From Candidatus Sumerlaeaceae bacterium (GTDB taxonomy: Bacteria > Sumerlaeota > Sumerlaeia > Sumerlaeales > Sumerlaeaceae): 64,000 nt of DNA. The notes under the pieces were generated by a model, which saw only the letters and a list, made by a program, of their open reading frames with translations, was not told the origin of the DNA and searched no databases. Position numbers and translations under genes: made by a program. The stretch is taken from contig JBMFRB010000006.1 of the NCBI GenBank assembly GCA_049968255.1, positions 135,800-199,799 on the forward strand, in the 5' to 3' direction. Below are positions 47,372-56,957 of the stretch, one piece after another. Every line of letters begins with the position of its first letter. Position 1 is the first letter of the stretch.

Positions 47372-48277
47372 CTACGCGAGCACGAACCCATAAGCAAGAA
47401 CGGTGGCAACATCGCTGAGCGCCCAAAGCCACAGCGCGCGATACATGCCTCGCTTGGCCGGATACGAGGGTATTTGTCGTAACCATTCCGCGGTAAACAG
47501 GATCCAAGCAATCCCACTGACGAGGACCAATGCGCTTGCAAGGAGCAGACGGGTGAGATTCGGCGCGCCCCACACGAGTCCCGCAAGGTGGCAAGCCAGG
47601 GCCATGAACTCAAGTGCTAGCGCAAAACGGAGCGAACCTCTGGGGCCCAGCATGATCGCCAAGGTGCGATCCCCTCGAGCAGAATCTTCGGGGATTTGAT
47701 AGATTTGCGTCATCGGGTAGAAGGCGCCGAAAAGAAAACCAAAGCCGGCAGCAACCAACACCACGCGTGTCTGCCACACAGGGTCGAGGAGAGAAAGAAG
47801 ATCCGTGGCGAGTGCGCCGGCGGCGATGGTTGCAGCCCCGTAGCCAAGCATATTGATCACGAGGTCTGCACCGCCCAGCGCTTTGAGCCGAACGGGCGGA
47901 ACACTGTAGGCGAGAGATAGCATCACGCAGAAACCCATGAGCCAAACAAAGGGGCGCGACTGGAAGAAATAAGAAGCGAGAAGGCCGCACCCCAGAAGAA
48001 CAAGCGAGAAGGCCGCCAGATACGCCGGGGGGGGTGGCGGATTGTCGAGATAGCCAATGTCACCTTCGTCGCGATCGAATGCGCTGTTGAGGGCAAGGGT
48101 TGCGCCGTTGAGGCACACGGTCCAGATGAGCCCACCGACAAGGGTGCGCACCACTGCAGGCCATACAAGGTCCCGTGGCACGTGAGGCAAGATAAGCAAA
48201 GCACCGCAAAAGTAATGGGCAAAAACAATTGGCCACGAACGCGGCCGCAAATGAAGCCAGTAAGCTTTGCAGCTCAC
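47372..48277 (-). CDS. UbiA superfamily prenyltransferase
   Basis: LRP.SW, NSAFDRDEGD, YSVPPVRLK, second motif TQIYQIPED..RGDRTLA. GTG start overlaps the hemC stop. Confidence 0.8.
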   Translation of the reverse strand: MSCKAYWLHLRPRSWPIVFAHYFCGALLILPHVPRDLVWPAVVRTLVGGLIWTVCLNGATLALNSAFDRDEGDIGYLDNPPPPPAYLAAFSLVLLGCGLLASYFFQSRPFVWLMGFCVMLSLAYSVPPVRLKALGGADLVINMLGYGAATIAAGALATDLLSLLDPVWQTRVVLVAAGFGFLFGAFYPMTQIYQIPEDSARGDRTLAIMLGPRGSLRFALALEFMALACHLAGLVWGAPNLTRLLLASALVLVSGIAWILFTAEWLRQIPSYPAKRGMYRALWLWALSDVATVLAYGFVLA

Positions 48278-49227
48278 GATATGCCTCCAGTGGGCGGTGC
48301 AGACCTCGCTTGATCCATGATCGCCCGCGCACCGCAGGCGAGCATGGACTTTGCCGCTTCCCGAGCAAGCTCGCTGGCTGCCTCGCACGGAGCTTCTCTC
48401 TCGAAGCGAAGCAGACGCGCGCCGTCTGGTGTGCAGACGGCTGCATGAAGCCGAACTGTGCTCTCCCCTACCACACAGAGGCAGGCCACTGGTGTGCGGC
48501 AATCCGCGCCAATCGCCCGCACAAAGGCGCGCTCTGTTTCACAAGCAAGCCGTGCGCTAGAATCGTCGAGCTGCGACAGGAGAGGTAGCCACGGCGATTC
48601 AGCTAACACTTCGATGGCGATGGCGCCCTGGCATGCAGCTGGCAGCATAAGCTCAGGCGGGAGTTCTCTTGCATTCATCGGAATAGCCTCGAGGCGCTCG
48701 AGTCCAGCTTTGGCAAGGATAAGGGCATCCGCCTCGCCATCCAACAGCTTGCGCAAGCGCGTGTCCACGTTGCCGCGCATCTCCACGACCTGCACATCGG
48801 GACGGTAGTGAAGGAGCTGGCCGCGCCGACGCAAGCTTGACGTGGCGATGCGTGCAGCGGAGGGAAGTGTGTCAATGTTTGCTTCTTCCCATGCGCTAAT
48901 GAGAAGATCGGCTGGGCTGAGCCGCTCAGGTATAGCGGCGATTTCAAACCCTGGGGTGAGCTCAGCAGGGAGATCCTTGAGGCTGTGAACTGCGGCATCG
49001 GCCCTGCCCGCCACGACTGCTTCTTCCACTTCCCTGACAAATACGCCTTTGTCGCCAAAAGCGTGAAGAGGGGTGTGGGGATGGCGATCAGGAAGAGTGC
49101 GGATCGTGACAAGTTCGACACGCAGCGCAGGCGTGTGGGCGGCAAGGAGCCCAGCGACGCGACGTGCTTGAGCCAACGCCAAGGCACTGCCGCGTGTGGC
49201 CAACCGAATTGTCTGCAAACAGCTCAC
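48274..49227 (-). CDS. hemC: Hydroxymethylbilane synthase (porphobilinogen deaminase)
   Basis: ATRGSALAL.Q, KGVFVRE.E, AVHSLKDLP, TSSLRR, RGNVDTRL.KL, cofactor Cys in GADCRTPVA. Confidence 0.95.
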   Translation of the reverse strand: MSCLQTIRLATRGSALALAQARRVAGLLAAHTPALRVELVTIRTLPDRHPHTPLHAFGDKGVFVREVEEAVVAGRADAAVHSLKDLPAELTPGFEIAAIPERLSPADLLISAWEEANIDTLPSAARIATSSLRRRGQLLHYRPDVQVVEMRGNVDTRLRKLLDGEADALILAKAGLERLEAIPMNARELPPELMLPAACQGAIAIEVLAESPWLPLLSQLDDSSARLACETERAFVRAIGADCRTPVACLCVVGESTVRLHAAVCTPDGARLLRFEREAPCEAASELAREAAKSMLACGARAIMDQARSAPPTGGIS

Positions 49228-49264
49228 AGAGTCCTAGGAAAAAAGCGCCTGTTAGGATTGCGAG

Positions 49265-49297
49265 AAAAAAGTTTCGGGCGCCCTTGCGAGCGCCCGA
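49265..49297 (-). terminator. Intrinsic terminator after the DUF3352-like gene
   Basis: 8-bp stem TCGGGCGC/GCGCCCGA followed on the minus strand by AACTTTTTT. Confidence 0.6.
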
Positions 49298-49335
49298 GAG
49301 ATTTGGGAATCTCGTGGCCACACCAGCGCAACATT

Positions 49336-51111
49336 TTAGCGAGCTGGTTCCAACAGGAGGACGGCTTCGCCTGTCATGGCGCCGTTTTCGACAGCAGCGT
49401 AGCCAGCACCCGCTTTGATGGTTTTCAAAGCTTCGATCACCTTGCGAGCTTCCTCGTTGTCACCTGCCATCTTGCCCACTGCGCTTTGCACAGTATCCCA
49501 CACGGCCGGAAAGTTCATGTAGCCATAACTCACGCCTTTGGGCTTTACCGTGTCGAACTGATCAATGACCGAGCTGCTGAGCAGTCCCTTTTCTTTGCCG
49601 GCCTTGACCGCAACCAGGCGCTGGATGCTCTCCTTCGTGGTGGCGATAATCAAATAATCGCCCACCATCGCGTAGCCCGGGGTGATCGTGGGAAGAGGCA
49701 GGATTTCGAGGTACCGAATGCTCAAGTCCCCCTCTTTCACTGTTTTGAACGCAATGGCCGGGGCGGCAGTTTTCGCCTGATCAGCCGGCGGGGTCATGCG
49801 CTTGTTCAAACTGTCGCTGATTTGGCGCTCCGCGACGGTGAGGACCTTTTGCATTTTGTCTTTGTCGCGAACCTCGATGACGAGCGCTGCGTCGGCCGAC
49901 ACTATGTCCGAAATATTGAGTGCGTTCACCAGGAAGCCGACGTTCTTGCCCATTGCCGGCAACAGATCGTCTTTCACCGAGAACCCGAGGATTGGCTCGA
50001 GGTCTTTTAGCTGCTTGTCGAGATCCGCCTCCTTCGTTCCTCCGCCAAGCGACTGCACGGCTTCACGCAGAATATCGTAGACGAAGAATGCATCGAAGGC
50101 ATTCGTGGCCCCAACGAGCATGCACTGCTCGGGAGCGAAATCGAGTACGGCGATTTTGCCGTTGTTCGATGCCCGCTCGAGAAGCTTGCGCAACAAGTTG
50201 TTTTCTGTGCCTTCAGCAAAGGGCGCATATTTGTACGTGTGAATGCTCTTCGGTGTAACTTGGACGACCGAGCCGGACATGGCCACAGGTGTCAGGTCTT
50301 CCATCAGTTTCGCAAGTTTGGAAAGACCATCGGTTTTTTTTGTACTACTGGCTAACGCCGCGCGGGGATTCTGATACATGTAAAGAACGCCTGGGTGAGT
50401 CGCCAGCGCCTTTTCGACTTTGTCGAAGTCGGTTGCGGCGTCTAGGCCCCCACTAGCATCTTTGCCTTTGGCCCGCTCGACCATACCGGCGAACAGTGGC
50501 TTGCTGGTGGCTACTAGCAGATAGTTTTCTATTTCCGCATAGTAGACGTCCATGCCGTTGGCCGCGGTGAAGTGCTTGGCGAGCACTCCGGCAATGGTGT
50601 CGGTGGTAATAAAAGCGCGCTCTTCGGTCGACGTGCTAGACTCGTCCTGTGATTGTGCTTCCTTTGCAGCCTTGATGGCGGCTTTTTCCCAATAGGCAAG
50701 AAAGCGCCGGAACTTGTCTTTTTCACCAAGTTTGGCGACCACTCCACCGCCCGGCTTGTCCTCGTCGGGGTTTTGGGTCATAAAAATGTCGATGCCGTTG
50801 ATCATTGCCGCCATTGATTGGGAGTTGATGGGAAAGCCGAGCTCTTTCTCAATCTGTGGCAGCAAATCTGACACGACAGCGAGTTTGTCTTTGCCGCCGG
50901 CAGCCGCGACGATTTTCTGAACCATAGGAGCAAGAGGATTAGCCTGGCAGGCATCGACCATTGCCTTGGTATCAGGGATGGAAACCACAGACGTTGCTTT
51001 TGCTGGGACAATTTTCGGAGCGACAACTTTTGCGCTGGCCAAGCCAGCCGCCGCCACCAGAGCTAAGGTAAGACCTAAGCACCGGGAAAAACGGTTTACC
51101 CGAGAAATCAT
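49336..51111 (-). CDS. Exported DUF3352-like protein
   Basis: Signal peptide ending ASA; GFSVKDDLLP..G and P.YAMVGDYLIIAT; RBS AGGAG. Confidence 0.6.
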   Translation of the reverse strand: MISRVNRFSRCLGLTLALVAAAGLASAKVVAPKIVPAKATSVVSIPDTKAMVDACQANPLAPMVQKIVAAAGGKDKLAVVSDLLPQIEKELGFPINSQSMAAMINGIDIFMTQNPDEDKPGGGVVAKLGEKDKFRRFLAYWEKAAIKAAKEAQSQDESSTSTEERAFITTDTIAGVLAKHFTAANGMDVYYAEIENYLLVATSKPLFAGMVERAKGKDASGGLDAATDFDKVEKALATHPGVLYMYQNPRAALASSTKKTDGLSKLAKLMEDLTPVAMSGSVVQVTPKSIHTYKYAPFAEGTENNLLRKLLERASNNGKIAVLDFAPEQCMLVGATNAFDAFFVYDILREAVQSLGGGTKEADLDKQLKDLEPILGFSVKDDLLPAMGKNVGFLVNALNISDIVSADAALVIEVRDKDKMQKVLTVAERQISDSLNKRMTPPADQAKTAAPAIAFKTVKEGDLSIRYLEILPLPTITPGYAMVGDYLIIATTKESIQRLVAVKAGKEKGLLSSSVIDQFDTVKPKGVSYGYMNFPAVWDTVQSAVGKMAGDNEEARKVIEALKTIKAGAGYAAVENGAMTGEAVLLLEPAR

Positions 51112-51198
51112 TGTTTTTCTCCTAACGTTGAAGTGATTGTAGTGTACGCGGGTGGTGCGCCTCGTTGCAAGCGTGAACAACCACCTCGCGTTGGCTGC

Positions 51199-52908
51199 TC
51201 AGAAATGAAATTCGTGAGAGAGCCAGCGGCGGATCCCTACGGCCACGGGCAAATACCATGTAAGTCCCTGGAGTGCAAAGCACGCGACCAGAAAGGGAGC
51301 CGAAGCAAGGAGAGCGGCGCGGAGAGCACTCGCGCCACCGATGTGCTGTGCTTCTGCTATGGCCAGGGTCACTGGAATCAACAGGGCCAGGGTCCCACTC
51401 ACATAGAAAAGGCTTGTCACAATGGTTATTGTCCCACCGAAGCCGTTTGCGATGCGCGCGGGATTGTCCTCTTTGAACGAGGGGAAGATCGCCCCGAATC
51501 CCACAGCTAGGCTTGTGAGCCCCACGGAAAGGGCAACAACCGTCACGAGGCCAAGCCACTTCATAAAGGTCATCACTTCGAGCATTTCATTGGAGAGCAT
51601 AATGAGTGGGACGGAGGTAGCGACGCAGCCGGTAAGACAAAGCAAGAATTTCTCCCAAAGGAGGGTCTGCTTAGGAAATGGGGCCAAGCCGATTACCCAG
51701 TACTGTTTTCCCTCCAAGCTGAGCATCGGAAAAACAAAACGCGTGGTAAGAATCGACAGGACAAAAGCGGTGGCGCCGAGATTGAAGAGCGATAGCACGA
51801 CTCTCCAGTGGCGAAAGAAAACCTCAATGCCGCGCATCTGAGCCGAGACGCCGCGGATGTTCGCAAGGTAAAGGACAAGCAACCCAAAAAGAATGACGAG
51901 TTGCGACCACTGGGCTGGATCGCGCCAAAAGGTGCGGACATCCTTGGCGAGTAGAGCCTTGAGGGGTGGCGGCAACACGCTGAGCAACCAATCGAGTAAG
52001 GTGAAGACAGAATAGGAGCGAGCTGCTGCCACTGGGCTGGCTTTTTCACGAGAGAGTGTCCAGCCGCGATAATAGAGCGGCGGGACGAGCCACAAGCAGA
52101 TTTGCACTGCCATCATCGCGGTGGCAAGAAGACAAAAAAACCAGAAAAGCACGTCGGCCAACTGGCCTTGAGAGGCTGCTCGCAGCCCGTTGGCCAACCA
52201 GGTGCTGGGAAGCCACGGAGACGCTCCGGCAGAGAGCAATTCCATGATCTGGGAAAAATCCTGTGTCTGGAGAACCATGGTGCGTAGGCCCATGAAGCGC
52301 ACAATGAACGCCGTGACGCCAAGAGAAGCAGCAAGGATTCCGATCGTGAAGATCCGCGCCTTGCGTGCGGGCAAAAAAGCACTGATCACCATGGTGAGGA
52401 CGGCACCAATCGAAGCTGGTATCACGAGGAAAGGAAAACCGAGGATGAAAGCTGCCGGATAAAACCACACCGGCGCATGCTTCACAAGTCCGTATGAAGC
52501 GAAAAGGGGAAGGCTAAGCACGACAAACGCCCAGGAGCTGAAGAAGATGCTTTCCGTCAGCTTGACAGCAAAAATGGTGCGGTCCTGGACAGGCAGTCCC
52601 CAGAGGAACTCCGTTTCGCGGGAAATATATGTGGTAGTCAACGTGATGATGAGATTCGAAAAAATCAGCATGGAGAAAAAGGTGAGGAGAACGATGCCCA
52701 TGAGGCGTTCCATGAGCGGCGCTCCGAAAGGCTCCTGCGAAACAAGAAAGCGAAAGAGGAAATGAAAAAAGGCACCGCCGATGCCGACGACGAGGAGAAT
52801 TGTGATGATTCCGGCGAGCACGTGGATCCAAACGTAGCGCCGGATGTGACGCGCAAGGTGGCGCGCCATCATCACACGGGTGCGGAGTATTGCCGCGCTA
52901 GCACTCAC
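51199..52908 (-). CDS. Putative ABC-2 type exporter permease subunit
   Basis: Two-repeat TM architecture; S.E..FL..LP, KD.RTF.RDP.QWSQL, RFVFP..SLEG...W, P.F..DNPA.I..G.GG. Confidence 0.75.
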   Translation of the reverse strand: MSASAAILRTRVMMARHLARHIRRYVWIHVLAGIITILLVVGIGGAFFHFLFRFLVSQEPFGAPLMERLMGIVLLTFFSMLIFSNLIITLTTTYISRETEFLWGLPVQDRTIFAVKLTESIFFSSWAFVVLSLPLFASYGLVKHAPVWFYPAAFILGFPFLVIPASIGAVLTMVISAFLPARKARIFTIGILAASLGVTAFIVRFMGLRTMVLQTQDFSQIMELLSAGASPWLPSTWLANGLRAASQGQLADVLFWFFCLLATAMMAVQICLWLVPPLYYRGWTLSREKASPVAAARSYSVFTLLDWLLSVLPPPLKALLAKDVRTFWRDPAQWSQLVILFGLLVLYLANIRGVSAQMRGIEVFFRHWRVVLSLFNLGATAFVLSILTTRFVFPMLSLEGKQYWVIGLAPFPKQTLLWEKFLLCLTGCVATSVPLIMLSNEMLEVMTFMKWLGLVTVVALSVGLTSLAVGFGAIFPSFKEDNPARIANGFGGTITIVTSLFYVSGTLALLIPVTLAIAEAQHIGGASALRAALLASAPFLVACFALQGLTWYLPVAVGIRRWLSHEFHF

Positions 52909-54338
52909 GGATTCTTTGCCTCGGATTTCTCTACCGGTCCCACGATGAAAATATCATAGGCGGTGTGGTGGGCATGCCGTTTGCCTGCTCGGACTTCGTC
53001 GAGAAGCTGGCGCGCAACGGCAATGAATTCTTCGCGCTGCAGGCCGTGCGGCGAATTGAGGTCCATGAAAACCCAATCGCAAGGGCGCAGCTCACGCGGC
53101 GATAAAAGATGCGTGTCGAGGCGGTGGGGAGTGATCCCCCAGAGACCAAACTGCAGGGCAAGGGGAGCATCCAAGGGCAAGAGTGTGCGCGCGAGCTCGA
53201 AGCGGTAGCGATCGCGCGCCGTCACCTCAAAGGGAAGGCGACGGTAGCCATCGGTGCGGGTCGGAAGCAAATACTCCACTGCGCCGAAAACCAAAAGGAA
53301 AAATGGAAGTGCGACGCGGACGTAGGACCAGTGTCGTCTGCGAGCCAGGAGTTCGACGCGCCGGTAGCCCAAGCAACTCAAGTAAGCGAGAAGCGGGAGG
53401 AAGGGATAGCTATAGTAATAGAGTAGCGCTCGCATGAAGGGGAAGCTGGCGAGGAGCATCGGAAGCGGAATAAGAATCAGCAATGTTCGCCAGCCAGCAA
53501 AAAGAGGGATCCCTGCAAATGAGACGACGAGAAGCAGCAAGATAACAGCAGTATCGAGCCCGAAGCCAAAGTTGCTGAAACGCGAGCCGTAGTCGGTGAG
53601 AGCACCGCGTCCAAATTTGTGCTGGAAGAACCAAATCGTGCCGGCGGCAACAACGGCATAGACGACCGCAATGCCGCTGAGAAGCAACATTCTGCGACGA
53701 AACCTCTTGTCCTTGGCCAATAGCGCCTCGAGAAAAGCCCAGGCCCCGATCCAAACGGTGGCATCCTCTTTCACACTCATGGCAAGAAGCGCCAGCGGAA
53801 ACAGAAGCAGCGAATGGCGCATCGCCATGGCCAAGAGGCTGAAAAGCACAAAGAAAATTTCGAAATGGTTGGCAAGATGTAGCGAGCCTACAAAATGATT
53901 AGCAAAAAAGAGCCAGGCCAAGGCCACGCTGCCCGCGGGAGAGACACGACATCGGCGCGCAAGAAGATGCATAGCGGGCACACATAGAGACAGTGCTACA
54001 ACGTAACTCGTCACAAGGGGGACCGGATAGGCGCTGAGCGGAACAAGTGGAACGAGAAGGATGAGAAAGGGCGTTAAGTGAAAGGCAAAGTGATTCAGGT
54101 GCCCCATGAGCGGCGATACCATAAATCGGCCGTGCAGGGTGTTGAAAAGGCAGTAGTGGATGTTGCCGACATCGGCGAGATACCAACGGCCGGAAAGCCA
54201 TTGGGTGAGCGCAATCCACTCGCTAAACACGAACGTGCCCACAGTGAGAAGGGCGGTGGCTATCCACGCGCGGCGCTCTTCTAGCGCACCGTGCCGGTGT
54301 TCTGTCCCCATCGCTTTTCGTTCACGAGTTCTCATCAA
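52905..54338 (-). CDS. DUF2079-like GT-C membrane protein
   Basis: D.G.....FNTLHG, HF.FH..P, VKED, YY..P; multi-TM. Confidence 0.65.
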   Translation of the reverse strand: MMRTRERKAMGTEHRHGALEERRAWIATALLTVGTFVFSEWIALTQWLSGRWYLADVGNIHYCLFNTLHGRFMVSPLMGHLNHFAFHLTPFLILLVPLVPLSAYPVPLVTSYVVALSLCVPAMHLLARRCRVSPAGSVALAWLFFANHFVGSLHLANHFEIFFVLFSLLAMAMRHSLLLFPLALLAMSVKEDATVWIGAWAFLEALLAKDKRFRRRMLLLSGIAVVYAVVAAGTIWFFQHKFGRGALTDYGSRFSNFGFGLDTAVILLLLVVSFAGIPLFAGWRTLLILIPLPMLLASFPFMRALLYYYSYPFLPLLAYLSCLGYRRVELLARRRHWSYVRVALPFFLLVFGAVEYLLPTRTDGYRRLPFEVTARDRYRFELARTLLPLDAPLALQFGLWGITPHRLDTHLLSPRELRPCDWVFMDLNSPHGLQREEFIAVARQLLDEVRAGKRHAHHTAYDIFIVGPVEKSEAKNP

Positions 54339-54544
54339 GGGCTAGAGCAACGAGCAGACAAGTTTTCGCCTAGGCTTTCTAGTACGAAAACATTGTCTGC
54401 GTCCGCTAACAAACCGTAGCATTTTGCAGAGTTCTTTTGGGCAAAGATGGTCGGAGAGGTCTAGGCGCCCCAGGTGTCGTGGATCTGCAAGTCCGTGCGC
54501 GATGGTGGCAGCTTCGTGTGGCACTGGCATGACCTTTTGCCACG

Positions 54545-56299
54545 TCATTCGGACTTCTCTGCGGTGTGAGTCCTGACTTTGAATAGAACTGCATGAGGAA
54601 AGCCCAGTTTTATTTCTTCAACATTCTCGCCAAGCGCGTGCTTCAAAACTTCTGCTCGACGGGGCGAAGAGAGCACGGCAGTGGCATGCATACGGCGGAC
54701 GAGTTCTAGTGTGGGTGTGCTTCGGAACTCATCCAGCATTTGACGTTTTTCCTCCGCAAAAGGCGTGTTGAATAGGTGTGAGTTCACGCTGCGATGGTGA
54801 GTGAGAACAGGGATAAGGGGAACAAAAAAGCTGGTGGCAGGGGGCAGGTCATCAACGAGCACTGTTTCGGTGGTTGGCAATTTGTCCAAGGCGTTGAGCA
54901 ACTCGATGTCAGCTTTCGGCGGCGCGAAGAGGATGCTGGTGCGCGGTAGACACGTAACGTTGCGCGTGCACCAGATGAGGTTGTCAGGCAGATGAAGAAA
55001 GAAGAGTGCAACTGCGCACGAAACAATGAGACGCTCGGCGTGAAGGGGCCTCCACATGCGAAGCACGCTTTCCAACCCCTCCGTCGCAAGAAGGGCGAGT
55101 GGAACGTAAAGATATCCGTGCGAGAAATGAAGCGGCTGCATTCCATAGCCGCGCGGCAGGATTTTATCCTGATAATTCAGCAGTGCTGCCACCACGGCCC
55201 ACACAACGGCAAGTCGAAATTCAGAACGCTTCCATTGCTCCGAGAAGCGCGGGGGCAAAAATGCCGCGAGAGCGAGAGGCGCGAGCAGGCCATACGCGGA
55301 CACGATTTGCGAAAGAAGCATGACGGCTGGGAAGTTTTGCATCTGCTGGTAAACGGAGCGGTGTTCTGGATCGCGCGCGAGGAAGACCCCATAGTAAAGC
55401 GCGAAAAGCGCATTGATCGCAACGATGGCGGCAAAGGGGCGTAAGCAGGGACGATTGCCGCGCGCCCACTCCACGACAAGCCAACTTGCCAGAATGAGGG
55501 AGACTTCGAGTCCGGTGTAGGGGTGTGCCCACCATGCGAGAAAAACCGTAACACAGCCGGCTGCGAATGCGCGTTTCATGCAAAAGAGAACTGCGCCAAA
55601 GAACAGAATGTGATAGCAGATTTCGGGCGAATAGAAAAGATTGCGGAAGAGCTGGACTTGCCAGTCGCCGTAGCCACCTTCCGCGGTGGAGAATTCGCTC
55701 GTGAAAAGGAACCAAAGCAAACTGAGCCACGAATCCGGCGGGGTTTTGTTGAGCTGGCCGACGAGCACGTTCACGGTTGTCGAGAACAATGCTGTGGCCC
55801 AAGCAAGTCCGCCTCCGAGAAGCATCAGAGCGAGTAAGGGATTGGCGCCGCGCCGCCAGCCATGGAGGAACCGAAAGATGCGGGCGGCCAATAGCAGCAT
55901 AATCGGACCGAAAAGCACACGCACTCCCCCATCAATGACGGAAAACGATACTCCGGTGAGCCGCCAAATCCAGCCAACGAGTAGGAAGTAAAGGTGGGAA
56001 TAGTGACGTCGGCTATCTGGAAGATTTGAGTAAGGATTTGCTGCGAACAGGCCGTTGCCGGATTCGACATACTCGCGCGCACAGGCATAATACACAGGCT
56101 GATCTACCTGGACAAATCCGAGGTAAACCCGCGAGGGCGGGAGGAACCAAGCGTGAGCAATGATTCGCAACGCAAAAACCAAAGCCGCGGCCACGGCCAG
56201 TAACTCGGGCCAATAACGGGCACAGAATGCGCGAACTCTAGCCGAACTGCTCGTGCTCATCGGGAGACAGTAAGGAGCCAGGCTTGCATGGCTTGTCAC
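54545..56299 (-). CDS. GT-C-like polytopic membrane protein
   Basis: DQPVYY loop after TM1, NPY, HPY, many TM segments and a C-terminal soluble domain. Start may be 56260. Confidence 0.55.
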   Translation of the reverse strand: MTSHASLAPYCLPMSTSSSARVRAFCARYWPELLAVAAALVFALRIIAHAWFLPPSRVYLGFVQVDQPVYYACAREYVESGNGLFAANPYSNLPDSRRHYSHLYFLLVGWIWRLTGVSFSVIDGGVRVLFGPIMLLLAARIFRFLHGWRRGANPLLALMLLGGGLAWATALFSTTVNVLVGQLNKTPPDSWLSLLWFLFTSEFSTAEGGYGDWQVQLFRNLFYSPEICYHILFFGAVLFCMKRAFAAGCVTVFLAWWAHPYTGLEVSLILASWLVVEWARGNRPCLRPFAAIVAINALFALYYGVFLARDPEHRSVYQQMQNFPAVMLLSQIVSAYGLLAPLALAAFLPPRFSEQWKRSEFRLAVVWAVVAALLNYQDKILPRGYGMQPLHFSHGYLYVPLALLATEGLESVLRMWRPLHAERLIVSCAVALFFLHLPDNLIWCTRNVTCLPRTSILFAPPKADIELLNALDKLPTTETVLVDDLPPATSFFVPLIPVLTHHRSVNSHLFNTPFAEEKRQMLDEFRSTPTLELVRRMHATAVLSSPRRAEVLKHALGENVEEIKLGFPHAVLFKVRTHTAEKSE

Positions 56300-56373
56300 G
56301 CGCGGAATTTTTGCCCCAGGGTAGAAACTTTTTTCGCTCGCAGGATGGAGTAGGTTCCAATAGAAGGAGAATT

Positions 56374-56886
56374 ATGCGCATTATGGGGATAGATCCGGGG
56401 CTTGCTCACACTGGCTACGGAGTTATCGAATTTACGGGCAGCGAAAGCCGCATGTTGGTCATGGGCGAGATTGTGACGCGGGCCGATGCGGCTCTTGCGC
56501 TGCGCCTGCAGGAGATTCACGATAGGTTGCATGCGGTGATAGAAGCGTGGCAACCCGAAGCCGTAGCCGTGGAAAGCCTTTTTTTCTGCACGAACGTTCG
56601 CACGGCCATTGCCGTGGCCCAAGCTCGCGGAGTTGCTTTGCTGGCGACGGCTACCGCAAATGTCCCGCTCTTCGAATACACACCGCTCGAGATCAAGCTG
56701 GCTGTGTCAGGCTACGGCAAAGCCACAAAGGAGCAGATGCAGAAAATGGTGCGGGCGATCCTCGGCTTGCGGGAGGAGCCGCGGACGAGTCATGCCGCGG
56801 ACGCGCTAGCGGCGGCGCTGTGTCACGCGCATTCGCAGCGTTTTCAGCAGTTCGTGGAGTGGTCGCAGTCGAGCCGACGGCGCTGA
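56374..56886 (+). CDS. ruvC: Holliday junction resolvase RuvC
   Basis: MRIMGIDPG...TGYGVI, AVE.LFF..N, QARGV, EYTP..IK.AV.GYG.A.KEQ, AADALA.A.CH. Confidence 0.96.
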   Translation: MRIMGIDPGLAHTGYGVIEFTGSESRMLVMGEIVTRADAALALRLQEIHDRLHAVIEAWQPEAVAVESLFFCTNVRTAIAVAQARGVALLATATANVPLFEYTPLEIKLAVSGYGKATKEQMQKMVRAILGLREEPRTSHAADALAAALCHAHSQRFQQFVEWSQSSRRR

Positions 56887-56957
56887 CAACTCGGGAATAC
56901 GAAAAAACCAGCACCGTAAGGGTGAAGTCATGTCAGGGCCAAGGAGTTATTCCCGAA

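Noticed and set aside
48985-50010. 341-aa + strand ORF (likewise 32854-33819, 31239-32168, 3778-4659, 27909-28727 and 14392-15159)
   Set aside because: These overlap confident genes in antisense or alternate frames, which is expected in GC-rich DNA.
56547-56957. N-terminal extension of HemW overlapping ruvC (possible fusion or frameshift)
   Set aside because: ruvC is complete with its own stop, and HemW has its own AAGGAG RBS and ATG at 56958.
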